Part shown: in pieces, positions 48,482 to 57,494 of the stretch | Layout of the letters: each line of letters begins with the position of its first letter | How positions within the stretch are numbered: the stretch's first letter is position 1 | Assembly: GCA_025060595.1 (NCBI GenBank) | Contig: JANXBX010000006.1 | Coordinates: forward strand, 65,657-129,656 | Length of the DNA: 64,000 nt | Direction of reading: 5' to 3' | Source of the DNA: Synergistota bacterium | GTDB taxonomy: Bacteria > Synergistota > GBS-1 | Translations under genes and position numbers: made by a program | The notes under the pieces: generated by a model | What the model saw: only the letters and a program-made list of their open reading frames with translations | Told to the model about the DNA's origin: nothing | The model's database searches: none

Positions 48482-49318
48482 TCAAAGGAAACTTTTTATA
48501 TACCTTACTATCTCCCCTGGTATGTCCACACCCGTAGGGGCAATGCTATTTCTAAACTCAGGGGAGTGATTTATCTCGTTAACCAAGAGCTCACCCGAGG
48601 GTGTCTCAAAAATATCAAGGGCTACCACCTCTCCATCTACAGCACGAGCTGCTCTTTCAGAAAGCTCAACTAGCTCAGAAGTTAATGGGCAGTTTCTAGC
48701 TTCACCACCACGAGCGGTATTTGTTATCCAGTGAGGCGAAACCCTATATATGGCAGCAACACACTTGCGTCCTATAACGAAGCTTCTTATATCCCTGCCA
48801 GGCTTATTCACATACTCTTGAATATAGAAGATCTTCTGAAGCCCATTTCCTAAAGTGTACTTATGTTCCAATACCGCCTCAGCCGCATCTTTATCATTAA
48901 CCTTCGCTAAAAGCCTTCCCCAAGAACCATTAACAGGCTTAACAACCGCTGGATATCCAACCCTCTCTATTGCCTTTAAAGCATTCTCTGGAGAAAAAGC
49001 AAGATAAGTACGCGGAACAGGAATACCATTTTCCACCAAGAGAAGAGTTGTTATAGCTTTATCTAGACAGCTAGATATTGCCCTAGAGGAACTTATTACC
49101 CTTATTCCGTTACTTTCAAGGACCCGCGATACATAGAAAGCATGAGAGGCTGAAATAACGCGGTTTAAAACCACCGCAGGGGGTTTAATAGAAAGCTCCC
49201 CATTAGCAAAGAGAGGAAGTAAAAGACTATCCTCGTGAAGAAGATTTAGAGCAACACCCTCCCTTTCAAAGGCATCGATAAGCAACTTTTCCTCAACTCT
49301 TAACCTTGAGTAGACCAT
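48482..49318 (-). CDS. lysX: Alpha-aminoadipate--LysW ligase
   Basis: [37 protein letters not shown]; N-terminus possibly frame-disrupted. Confidence 0.9.
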   Translation of the reverse strand: MVYSRLRVEEKLLIDAFEREGVALNLLHEDSLLLPLFANGELSIKPPAVVLNRVISASHAFYVSRVLESNGIRVISSSRAISSCLDKAITTLLLVENGIPVPRTYLAFSPENALKAIERVGYPAVVKPVNGSWGRLLAKVNDKDAAEAVLEHKYTLGNGLQKIFYIQEYVNKPGRDIRSFVIGRKCVAAIYRVSPHWITNTARGGEARNCPLTSELVELSERAARAVDGEVVALDIFETPSGELLVNEINHSPEFRNSIAPTGVDIPGEIVRYIKSFL

Positions 49319-49367
49319 CCAAGCCTGCGCTTCCCCAAGTCAACCACCCTCCTTAAAAGATAGATAT

Positions 49368-49409
49368 AAAAAAAGCCCCGCTCACCCTGGGAAGGTGAGC
49401 GGGGCTTTT
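49368..49409 (-). terminator. Attenuator (intrinsic terminator) in the lysX leader
   Basis: AAAAGCCCCGCTCACC-TTCCCAG-GGTGAGCGGGGC-TTTTTTT, upstream of the lysX SD. Confidence 0.9.
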
Positions 49410-49430
49410 AAAAATCCCTAGAGTTTAGCT

Positions 49431-49544
49431 TCAGCCTAAAGCTGAAGCAATAAACCCACCTTCCCAAGCCCTAAGCTTAGGCTTCTTGTAACCCTTGTTC
49501 CGCTTCAAAAGAGACTTGGAAAGATGAGCCTTTAAATTAATCAC
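49431..49544 (-). CDS. Lys-rich leader peptide (37 aa) of the lysW operon
   Basis: GGAGG-9 nt-GTG; MINLKAHLSKSLLKRNKGYKKPKLRAWEGGFIASALG*; 7 AAG Lys and 2 Arg codons. Confidence 0.8.
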   Translation of the reverse strand: MINLKAHLSKSLLKRNKGYKKPKLRAWEGGFIASALG

Positions 49545-49577
49545 CCCAATTAACCTCCCTCACCAATTATCGCGCAT

Positions 49578-49607
49578 AATATAGCATACTACTCTCTTCC
49601 CTGTCAA
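49578..49607 (-). promoter_or_regulatory. sigma70 promoter of the leader/lysW operon
   Basis: TTGACA-18 bp-TATATT with extended TG. Confidence 0.7.
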
Positions 49608-49775
49608 GGGTTTTTGAAATCAATATTTAAAGAAATTTACACCAGGGAAGTCTCAGAAATAACACCTTAAAAATAATCTCCTTTCAAACTTATAGACACA
49701 TAAATAGTCACTATCTATAATATTATTAACTTAAGCTGTAGATATTAAGCAAAATCTTAAGGAGGGATACCTCTT

Positions 49776-50987
49776 ATGGATCTTTCCTCTTTAATATTTA
49801 TTATAACTTATATACTTTTAGCAATAGGACAGCCACCTATCTTTCGAATAGATAGAACGGGTGCGGTACTTATAGGCGCTACAGCTATGTTAGCATTAAA
49901 GGTTATATCCATTCAAGAAGCTTACTCGGCAATAGATTATAAAACGATAGCTACACTTTTCGGCTTAATGGTCTTGGTGGCCCACTTTCGACTATCAGGA
50001 GCTTTAAATCTATTAGTAAAATACCTGATTTCAAAAGTTAAAAACCCCTCTGAACTTTTATATTTTATAATCTTTAGCGCTGGTATTCTCTCAGCATTTC
50101 TAATGAATGATACGATATGCTTACTTTTCACTCCTCTGGTTTTAAAGATAACCAAGATATCAGGATTAAATCCTAAACCCTTTCTCTTAGCCCTATGTAT
50201 GTCTGCAAATATTGGAAGCGTTGCCACGATCACTGGAAATCCCCAAAACCTTATAATAGGTATCTCCTCTGGACTAACATATAGTGAATTCTTTTACTAT
50301 CTTTTCCCGGTTGCCATATTAGGGCTCCTCACTCTAATAACAATACTCAAAATAGCTTACAAGAAAGAATTATCAAAGCCTATAAATAACGAAGTAAAGC
50401 TTAAATTTAGATACAAAAAACCCATCGTAATTAAATTCTATATCATCGCTCTATTATGTTTAATTGGCTTCTTTATAGGGCTACCCATACAAGGAGTGGC
50501 CATGATTACCGCCTGCCTACTTTTGATTACAAGGAGAATAAAACCTGAAAAAGTTTACAATCTGATAGACTTCAAGCTTTTAGTCCTTTTCATAGGCCTA
50601 TTCATAATAATAAAATCCTTCGAAAACTCAGCCCTATTTAAGCATCTCTCAGAAATCTCTGGAACCTTTCTAAAAAACCCACTTACCTTTGTATCATCGG
50701 TTACCATTTTATCTAACGCTGTAAGTAACGTCCCTGCAGTCTTAATATTCAAGCCCTTCATAGAAACCCTATCTTTAGGCAAGGAAGCATGGCTATACCT
50801 CGCCATGAGCTCAACATTAGCAGGAAATCTTACCGTACTTGGCTCTATAGCAAACATAATAGTCATAGAGTCAGCCTATCCGAAGGTAAAAATATCCTTC
50901 CTTGAGTACCTAAAGCTTGGCTTACCGGTAACCACTCTTACGCTACTTATTGGAACCCTATGGTTAAAAATAGCTTTACTCTGGTGA
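49776..50987 (+). CDS. ArsB/NhaD (YbiR-like) anion transporter
   Basis: IDRTG, ND.ICL, SANIGSVATITGNPQN, VSNVPA, STLAGNLTVLGSIANIIV. Confidence 0.85.
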   Translation: MDLSSLIFIITYILLAIGQPPIFRIDRTGAVLIGATAMLALKVISIQEAYSAIDYKTIATLFGLMVLVAHFRLSGALNLLVKYLISKVKNPSELLYFIIFSAGILSAFLMNDTICLLFTPLVLKITKISGLNPKPFLLALCMSANIGSVATITGNPQNLIIGISSGLTYSEFFYYLFPVAILGLLTLITILKIAYKKELSKPINNEVKLKFRYKKPIVIKFYIIALLCLIGFFIGLPIQGVAMITACLLLITRRIKPEKVYNLIDFKLLVLFIGLFIIIKSFENSALFKHLSEISGTFLKNPLTFVSSVTILSNAVSNVPAVLIFKPFIETLSLGKEAWLYLAMSSTLAGNLTVLGSIANIIVIESAYPKVKISFLEYLKLGLPVTTLTLLIGTLWLKIALLW

Positions 50988-51037
50988 TGAATCCTGATAT
51001 AATGGTCGCGCTTGTATATAGCTAAGCAGCTAAAGTA

Positions 51038-52054
51038 TCATCTATTAATCATAATGAAAAGATCATTAGCTAAATCTTTATCAAGATTTTTTAAAACTTT
51101 ATACTGCTTTATAGCAAAATTTTCCTCACCAAGCGCTAAATAAACCAGACCAAGACCATAACGTGATTTAGCGTGATCAGGTTTTAGCTCCACAGCTTTC
51201 TCTAAAGCATTTGATGCCTCAACATAGCGTTCAAGTTTCGCATAGCACACACCAAGATTATAATAGGCCAAGGCATAATCTGACTTTAACTCATTCACTT
51301 GCCTATAAATCCTTATTGCTTCACCATAGCGGCCGATCTTGCCATAAGCTGACCCAAGGTCATTAAGCATATTAATATCATCTGGCTTCAGCTCAACAGC
51401 ACACTTGAAGGCCCTTACCGACTCAGAATATTGATTTAGCTCCCAATAGTGCACTCCTATGCTATAATAGGATAAAGCGAGATTATCATTGGCTTCCTTA
51501 TAGTCAGGTCTTATCCTTACGGCCTGTCTAAAAGTCTCTATAGCATTTTCATACCGACCCAGTTTAGCATAGGATAAACCGAGATTATAATAGGCTTCAG
51601 CACAATTAGGCTCTAACCTTATAAATTCCTTGAAAGCTTTGATCGCATCCTCATAGCAACCGAGATATCCATAGACTAAGCCAAGACCTATATACGCTTC
51701 AGCAAAATTAGGATCCAGCTTTAAAGCTTTCTTAAACGATTCTATTGCTTCAGCATAACGTTCCAGCTTTATGTACGATAATCCATGGCTAGAATAACCC
51801 TTAGGCTCAACATACTGACCGAATTTAATACTAGATAAACTAAGCCCATGATAAGCTAAGACAAAATCAAGCCTTAATCTTATAGCTTCCTTAAGCTCTT
51901 CAATTCTTTCATCATCCTCTTCCTCAAAAACTCTTATACCAATACCAGAATAAAATTTAAGCATACTCTGCGCAAAAGCCATAGAAACAGGCAAGAAACA
52001 GAAAGTGAAAATAAAACAAGCTAATAAAAACCTTCTTCTTTGTAACATATCCAC
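51038..52054 (-). CDS. Exported tetratricopeptide-repeat protein
   Basis: Signal peptide-like N-terminus, about 7 TPRs (AEAYYNLG..Y..LGRY.EAI). Confidence 0.85.
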   Translation of the reverse strand: MDMLQRRRFLLACFIFTFCFLPVSMAFAQSMLKFYSGIGIRVFEEEDDERIEELKEAIRLRLDFVLAYHGLSLSSIKFGQYVEPKGYSSHGLSYIKLERYAEAIESFKKALKLDPNFAEAYIGLGLVYGYLGCYEDAIKAFKEFIRLEPNCAEAYYNLGLSYAKLGRYENAIETFRQAVRIRPDYKEANDNLALSYYSIGVHYWELNQYSESVRAFKCAVELKPDDINMLNDLGSAYGKIGRYGEAIRIYRQVNELKSDYALAYYNLGVCYAKLERYVEASNALEKAVELKPDHAKSRYGLGLVYLALGEENFAIKQYKVLKNLDKDLANDLFIMINR

Positions 52055-52255
52055 ACCACCCTAAGAAGCCTTAAAACAGGCTAATATCATTAGGTATTAT
52101 CTCAAAAATAAAATTAAAGTCAATAGATTTACAAAAGGCAGAAAAGAAATAAAAATTATTTTAAGCAAGATGCCAACCGCATCAGAAAATCATTGACTTT
52201 TAAAACTCATTAATTTAAATTATCCTTGAAGTAATTTCAGAAAGGAGGGAAGGAT

Positions 52256-53635
52256 ATGATTTTACCTATCATTATCATTTACATGATCGCTATGCTACTT
52301 ATAGGATGGTGGGCAAGCAAATATTACATAAAAGGTATGACCGACTTCCTACTTGCTGGTAGAAGGCTTGGCGTATTACTTGGTGCTGCCACTTTAGCAG
52401 CGACGCACTTTGGCGGTGGAGCTGTAATGGGTGGAGGAGAATATGGCTTTAAATATGGTATCTCTGGCGCATGGTATGGAGTATCTTGCGGAATTGGCTT
52501 GCTGTTCTTAATTTTAACGGCAGAAAGATTTAGAACCCTTGCTCTTTATACTGTGCCTGATTATCTTGAACAAAGATACGGCGGAAAAACAATAAGAGTC
52601 TTAGGGGCATTACTTTCACTTATAGCCCTTATAGGTATTCTTGCAGCTCAAGTCTTAGCTGCAAGAAACGCTTTAAGCATAGTAGGATTAAAGGGGAATA
52701 CCGGCGCCATAATAGCAACCTTAGTATTTATAATTTACACTACCACTGGAGGACTATGGGCCGTTACGCTAACCGATCTATTTCAGCTCATCTTAGCAGC
52801 TATAGGGGTAATAATAGGAGCTTTTGTAGTTCTTGTTAAGGTTGGAGGCTTTACTGGATTAACATCCGCTTTAACTTCAAAAGGAGTTGCCGCAAGCTAC
52901 TTCAGCTTCTGGGGAATGGGAACGGCTAGCATAATGTGGTTACTCCTTCCTACAGTAATGTATACCCTTATAGGTCAGGACTTTTACCAGAGACTATTTG
53001 CTACAAAAGACCCAAAAACAGCTAAGAACGCAGCTCTTCTTGGTGGAATAATATTAGTTATAATAAGCTTTTTCCCAACGATAATAGGAATGGGAGCTAA
53101 AGCGTTATCAAGTGAAGATCTGGGAAGAATGTCTGTACCATGGGTCTTACAAAACCTTATGCATCCTATCCTAGGAGGAATAGTTCTATCGGCTATACTT
53201 GCGGCCATAATGTCCACAGCGGATTCCCTTCTTACCGCTGCCACATCCCATATAATTAAAGACCTCTGGATCGAAACTTTCAAGGCAGATGAGTTAAAAG
53301 AAGAGAGGAAGCTCTTAACCTTATCAAGGATCTTTACCTTCATAGTCGGCATTTTATCACTTATAATAGCTCTTATCGTCCCAGGAATAATAGACGCACT
53401 TATATACTCCTACACTATGTACACAGCAGGAGTATTCATACCTGTAATAGGAGGAATCTTATGGAGTGGAGCAACAAAGGCAGGAGCGATTACATCTCTT
53501 GTTGGTGGAGCAATAGTAGCGCTCTACGGCATATTAACAGGAACAGAAGTCTTTGGAGCACCTGCTGAAATATACTCAGCTTTAGTATCATTAGTATTAT
53601 TTATACTAGTATCAGCGGTAACGAAAAAGGCTTAA
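52256..53635 (+). CDS. Sodium:solute symporter (SSS) family permease
   Basis: DFLLAGR, TVPDYLEQRY, GGLWAV..TD..Q, QDFYQR, AAIMSTADS. Confidence 0.9.
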   Translation: MILPIIIIYMIAMLLIGWWASKYYIKGMTDFLLAGRRLGVLLGAATLAATHFGGGAVMGGGEYGFKYGISGAWYGVSCGIGLLFLILTAERFRTLALYTVPDYLEQRYGGKTIRVLGALLSLIALIGILAAQVLAARNALSIVGLKGNTGAIIATLVFIIYTTTGGLWAVTLTDLFQLILAAIGVIIGAFVVLVKVGGFTGLTSALTSKGVAASYFSFWGMGTASIMWLLLPTVMYTLIGQDFYQRLFATKDPKTAKNAALLGGIILVIISFFPTIIGMGAKALSSEDLGRMSVPWVLQNLMHPILGGIVLSAILAAIMSTADSLLTAATSHIIKDLWIETFKADELKEERKLLTLSRIFTFIVGILSLIIALIVPGIIDALIYSYTMYTAGVFIPVIGGILWSGATKAGAITSLVGGAIVALYGILTGTEVFGAPAEIYSALVSLVLFILVSAVTKKA

Positions 53636-53641
53636 AAACAA

Positions 53642-53671
53642 AAGGGGCTGGAGGTTTTCTTCCAGCCCCTT
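53642..53671. terminator. Bidirectional terminator
   Basis: AAGGGGCTGGA / TCCAGCCCCTT arms between convergent genes. Confidence 0.7.
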
Positions 53672-53687
53672 AATTTATACCATTTAT

Positions 53688-54068
53688 TTAGAGTGGACAC
53701 AACGATAGCCTATGCAAATAGGGACAGTGAGCGCAATTAGGTAAGTTCCCCCAGCAATCGCTTTGGTTACTTAAAGTAAAATCACAACCTTCCTTAAAGG
53801 GGCACTCGAAACAAGAAGGAAGATAATTGAAAGTTAATCTTAAAAACATTTCAGAGTATTTATCTCTCCAAACATCCATTAGATTATCACAAGCTATATT
53901 ACCTAAGGAAACCTCTTTTATATTCCTCTCCTTATTTAGGACCTTGACCTTCCATGACCTTGAAAAGTATAAGCACGGAGCTATTTCTCCATCACATCTT
54001 ATAAAAAGAGCTCTGTTTGAAGCAAAAGGACAACCCCTTGCAAACCTTGTTAGATGATAACAACACAA
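53688..54068 (-). pseudogene. C-terminal SPASM fragment of a radical SAM enzyme resembling tungsten-oxidoreductase maturases
   Basis: CPF..ALFIR.DG.IAPC, LGNI, PSC..C....C......DCWGN.P.C..C.......CP; no CxxxCxxC core, no SD, in-frame stops upstream. Confidence 0.7.
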
Positions 54069-54259
54069 CTGAAGAACAAAGCACTGGAGGATAAGTCACA
54101 GTGCTAAGGATAATCATACTTCATTTGTCATCCCAGTGATATTAGCTATCACAATTTTTAATAAGATAATTCCTCAGAAAGGCCATTAGATTCTAACGAG
54201 GAGCCTCTATTACTTTAACAGCTTAAATTCCGCACCTTACTTAAAAAGCTTTAAATCTA

Positions 54260-54288
54260 TTGACTTGATAGAAGAGACCGTTTAAACT
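54260..54288 (+). promoter_or_regulatory. sigma70 promoter of the MCP-PhnD gene
   Basis: TTGACT-17 bp-TAAACT. Confidence 0.6.
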
Positions 54289-54315
54289 TAAGATAAAAGC
54301 TAAAGAGCGGCAGAG

Positions 54316-54357
54316 AAAGGGAGAGCCATTCTTAGAGTGAAGAGTGGCTCTCCTTTT
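54316..54357 (+). terminator. Terminator-like hairpin in the 5' leader
   Basis: 18-bp stem AAAGGGAGAGCCATTCTT / AAGAGTGGCTCTCCTTTT then ACTTT, 7 nt before AGGAGGTG. Confidence 0.6.
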
Positions 54358-54379
54358 ACTTTATAGGAGGTGACCAGGT

Positions 54380-56080
54380 TTGAAAAAAGAACAAAAAACA
54401 GGAAACGCATCAAAACTCTTAGAAAGTATCGAAAACATGTTCTTCGAGATTTTCCAATTAACTTGGCTTTTAAACGAAAATATAAAGGTTTTTGAAAACA
54501 TAGCTGAAAGTTTCTCTAACGTAGAAAAGCTTAATATTAAGAGCTTTGACAATGCCTCAATAATAATGGAGATAGTGAATGAACTTGTAAAAATATCCAA
54601 CAAACTAAGGGAAGAAACTCTACGAGCGAAAAACATTACAGAAACACTTGAAAACACCTGTAGAAACTTAAGCATCTCTATAGCTATGGCGCGGAACGCT
54701 TTAGAAGAACAAGAAAAAATCTTCAAAAAGGTTGTAGAAACTAATGAAAATCTTATAAATCAATCAGGAGCCGTAGCAGAAATAATAAAAACTTTAAACC
54801 TGCTTGCTAAACAGATAAACCTGCTTTCTCTCAACGCCTCTATAGAAGCCGTAAAGGCCGGTGAAAAAGGGAAAGGCTTTGCGGTTGTATCACAAGAGAT
54901 AAGAAAACTCTCAGAAAAAACAAGAGAGGCTAACTCTGAAATAGAAAAAACGATCAAAAATATCGTGAACACGATAAAGGAATCTTTTGAAATAACTAAT
55001 AAATCCTTTGAAGAGTTTTCGAAACTTAAAGAATCGTTTAAGGCGTTTATGGGTTTTATATCCCAAACGGCCTCAGGATTCGAAAACGTTTTTCAAGTAA
55101 CAACAACGATAAATAGCATATCTGATGAAGTTCTTAAAGTAACAAACAAAATAGAGGAATCTTCAAGGGAAATTTTTGATACATCTAAGAATGTAAGAGA
55201 GCTATCAAGGGAGGTGGGAAATACCGTAAAGACCCAAGAAAGCAAAAACCAAGAGGTTTTAAAAATGATATCCTCTCTCAACAAAACCCTTTTCGATATA
55301 CAAAGGCAAGCATCCACCTTAAGATCCGAACAGGAGATAATTTTTGGAGTCAATCCTTTCACAAATCCTAAAACTATAAGAGAGATGTACTACCCCATAA
55401 TAAAGTGGGCTTGCGAAAAAGCAGGTTATACATCAAGAATGGTTATCGTTCACAGTTACGATGCTTTGACTCAAGCCTTAAAAGAAGAGATAGTTGATGG
55501 AGGTTGGTTTTCCCCATTCGCATATGTTGAAGCAAAGGAGACTTTGGATAATATAGTTCCTATAGCGACTCCCATAGTTAACGGAAGAGCAAGCTACGAT
55601 GGATATATTATTACCTCCAAAAAGTCCAATATAAAAAGCCTTAAAGACCTTAAAGGAAAGCGCTTCGGATTTGTAGATCCCAAAAGCGCTTCAGGTTATC
55701 TATTTTCAAAATATGCTCTACTTCAAGAGGGAATAAACCCTGATAAGGACTTCAAAGAAACCCTCTTCCTGGGAAGTCACGATAATGTTATAAAGGCTGT
55801 TCTTCAAGGAGAAATAGATGCAGGTGCCACTTACAATGAAGCACTAGAAAGAGCTAAAGAACAGGGAGTAGACATAAGTGATGTAGTTATAATAAACACC
55901 GTTAAAGATATACCTAAAGACGCAATAGTCTTACTTAATCGCCTACCACATAACTTCATAGAAAAATTCAAGGAGGCGCTTCTTTCATTTAAACAAGCCA
56001 AGGGAATTCAAGGTTTTGTTGAAGCAAGAGATGAGCGCTATGACATCATAAGAAGGGTTAAAAAAACTATATCTTTATAA
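54380..56080 (+). CDS. Soluble chemoreceptor fused to a C-terminal PhnD-like (phosphate/phosphonate-binding) domain
   Basis: QINLLSLNASIEAVKAGEKGKGFAVVSQEIRKL; SPFAYV, FVDPKSASGY, GSHDNV, IPKD; no TM segment. Confidence 0.85.
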   Translation: MKKEQKTGNASKLLESIENMFFEIFQLTWLLNENIKVFENIAESFSNVEKLNIKSFDNASIIMEIVNELVKISNKLREETLRAKNITETLENTCRNLSISIAMARNALEEQEKIFKKVVETNENLINQSGAVAEIIKTLNLLAKQINLLSLNASIEAVKAGEKGKGFAVVSQEIRKLSEKTREANSEIEKTIKNIVNTIKESFEITNKSFEEFSKLKESFKAFMGFISQTASGFENVFQVTTTINSISDEVLKVTNKIEESSREIFDTSKNVRELSREVGNTVKTQESKNQEVLKMISSLNKTLFDIQRQASTLRSEQEIIFGVNPFTNPKTIREMYYPIIKWACEKAGYTSRMVIVHSYDALTQALKEEIVDGGWFSPFAYVEAKETLDNIVPIATPIVNGRASYDGYIITSKKSNIKSLKDLKGKRFGFVDPKSASGYLFSKYALLQEGINPDKDFKETLFLGSHDNVIKAVLQGEIDAGATYNEALERAKEQGVDISDVVIINTVKDIPKDAIVLLNRLPHNFIEKFKEALLSFKQAKGIQGFVEARDERYDIIRRVKKTISL

Positions 56081-57170
56081 GCTCGTATGCTTGGTTTCCT
56101 AAACCTATCTCCTCAGCATAGTCAAGCATGACCTTCCAGTTAGTTTTAGGATGAATCAAGGTAAACTTATCCTCCCCTTTACGCATGTCTTTTTCGGAAA
56201 GAGGACCAAAGGGATTTGGCAAAGCCTGATTTACAAGATCAACTGAAGCCTTATCTATAGCAACAGGATCAAAAGAGGCTAAAACACCTATATCAGGAAC
56301 TATAGAAGCATCGTTATAATTCCAGCAGTCACAAAATGGAGAAACATTAGTAATGAAGTTTATGTGAAAGGCTGGCTTATTCTTCAAAACCGCATAGGCA
56401 TACTCCACTATACGCTCACACGCTTCCAAGCTCATATCCCAATCTATATCTATCGCCTCTGAAGGACAAACAACTATACACTGACCACATCCAACGCATA
56501 TTTCGTAATTTATGTAAGCCTTCCTATTCTCATCAAAGCTTATAGCGCTATAATTACAGTTTCTAATGCACGCTCCACAAGAAACACAATCATTCTTTGA
56601 GATCCTGGGCTTAGAGTTAGAGTGCATCTTAAGCTTGCCTTCCCTGGAAGCACAACCCATTCCAACATTTTTAATTGCGCCTCCAAAACCGGTTAACTCA
56701 TGTCCTTTAAAGTGATTTAAGGAAATAATCACATCAGATTCCGCTATAGCAGAAGCTATCAACGCATAAGAAAAGTGTTTTAAGTTTATCTCTACCTTTC
56801 TACAATCAAAGCCCCTTAATCCATCGGCTATTAAAACATGACACCCAACCGTTAACGGATTAAACCCATTCTTGAAAGCAGCTTCAAGATGACTTACCGC
56901 GTTAGACCTGCTTCCCCTATAAAGTGTATTCGTATCTGTCAAAAAGGGTTTGGCACCTAAATCTCCCAAAATCTTAACGAGCCTACCAACAAAGTTATGC
57001 CTCACATAGGCCAAGTTTCCGAGCTCTCCGAAATGCATCTTTATGGCCACAAATCTTTCGGAGAGACTCAAATGACCTATGTGGGCCGTTCTAAGAAGAC
57101 GTTCAAACTTATCCAGAAGATTCTCCCGAGAAGAAGCTCTAAGGTCCATAAAATATACCTTTGAAGCCAT
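56067..57170 (-). CDS. DUF362 domain protein with a 2x[4Fe-4S] insert
   Basis: KMHFGE.GN, DTNTLY, HFKGHE..GFGGAIKN.GMGC, two CxxCxxC motifs, CDC. Confidence 0.85.
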   Translation of the reverse strand: MASKVYFMDLRASSRENLLDKFERLLRTAHIGHLSLSERFVAIKMHFGELGNLAYVRHNFVGRLVKILGDLGAKPFLTDTNTLYRGSRSNAVSHLEAAFKNGFNPLTVGCHVLIADGLRGFDCRKVEINLKHFSYALIASAIAESDVIISLNHFKGHELTGFGGAIKNVGMGCASREGKLKMHSNSKPRISKNDCVSCGACIRNCNYSAISFDENRKAYINYEICVGCGQCIVVCPSEAIDIDWDMSLEACERIVEYAYAVLKNKPAFHINFITNVSPFCDCWNYNDASIVPDIGVLASFDPVAIDKASVDLVNQALPNPFGPLSEKDMRKGEDKFTLIHPKTNWKVMLDYAEEIGLGNQAYELIKI

Positions 57171-57176
57171 TATTTA

Positions 57177-57494
57177 TTACTCCTCCTCTCCTCCATAATA
57201 GGCTATACTTGGATTAATGGCCTCAACCACCTTAATTCTCTTAAATCCCATACCCTCTAATTTACTAACGATGTCCCTTGTGATCTTATCTACTATGGTC
57301 CAACCCAAGGCTTTACAGAAGGGACATACACTAAGCCTCCGAGCTAAACTGACCCATATTTCAGCATAGCTTTCCTTAATCGTCATACCATAAACTAAAC
57401 CAAGGGAAACGATATCGCTTTCGGTCTCGGGATCCTTAACCTTCTTAAGCTCCTCCAAAACACTCTTTTCAATTTCATTAAGCTCTCTTTTCAC
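57177..57494 (-). CDS. DUF59 (Fe-S assembly, SufT-like) protein
   Basis: LKKVKDPET..DIVSLGLVY, CPFC. Confidence 0.7.
   Translation of the reverse strand: MKRELNEIEKSVLEELKKVKDPETESDIVSLGLVYGMTIKESYAEIWVSLARRLSVCPFCKALGWTIVDKITRDIVSKLEGMGFKRIKVVEAINPSIAYYGGEEE

Noticed and set aside
50994-51037. TGaTATAAT extended -10 pointing antisense into the TPR gene
   Set aside because: No downstream ORF or structured RNA evident; could be chance or a leftover promoter
51100-51800. ~102-nt periodicity in the DNA
   Set aside because: Explained by TPR protein repeats; not a CRISPR array
52160-52180. sigma54-like TTGGCA on the minus strand upstream of the TPR gene
   Set aside because: No TTGC at the required -12 spacing
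54070-54120. Selenocysteine read-through of TGA codons upstream of the SPASM fragment
   Set aside because: Read-through would still not supply a radical SAM core in the ~200 nt available; no convincing SECIS
54295-54360. Possible c-di-GMP-I riboswitch or ANTAR dual-hairpin motif in the MCP-PhnD leader
   Set aside because: CCATTC...GAGTGG resembles a P2 stem, but GGCAAA, the GNRA loop and GCAAAG are absent; no pair of AxxGxx hexaloops
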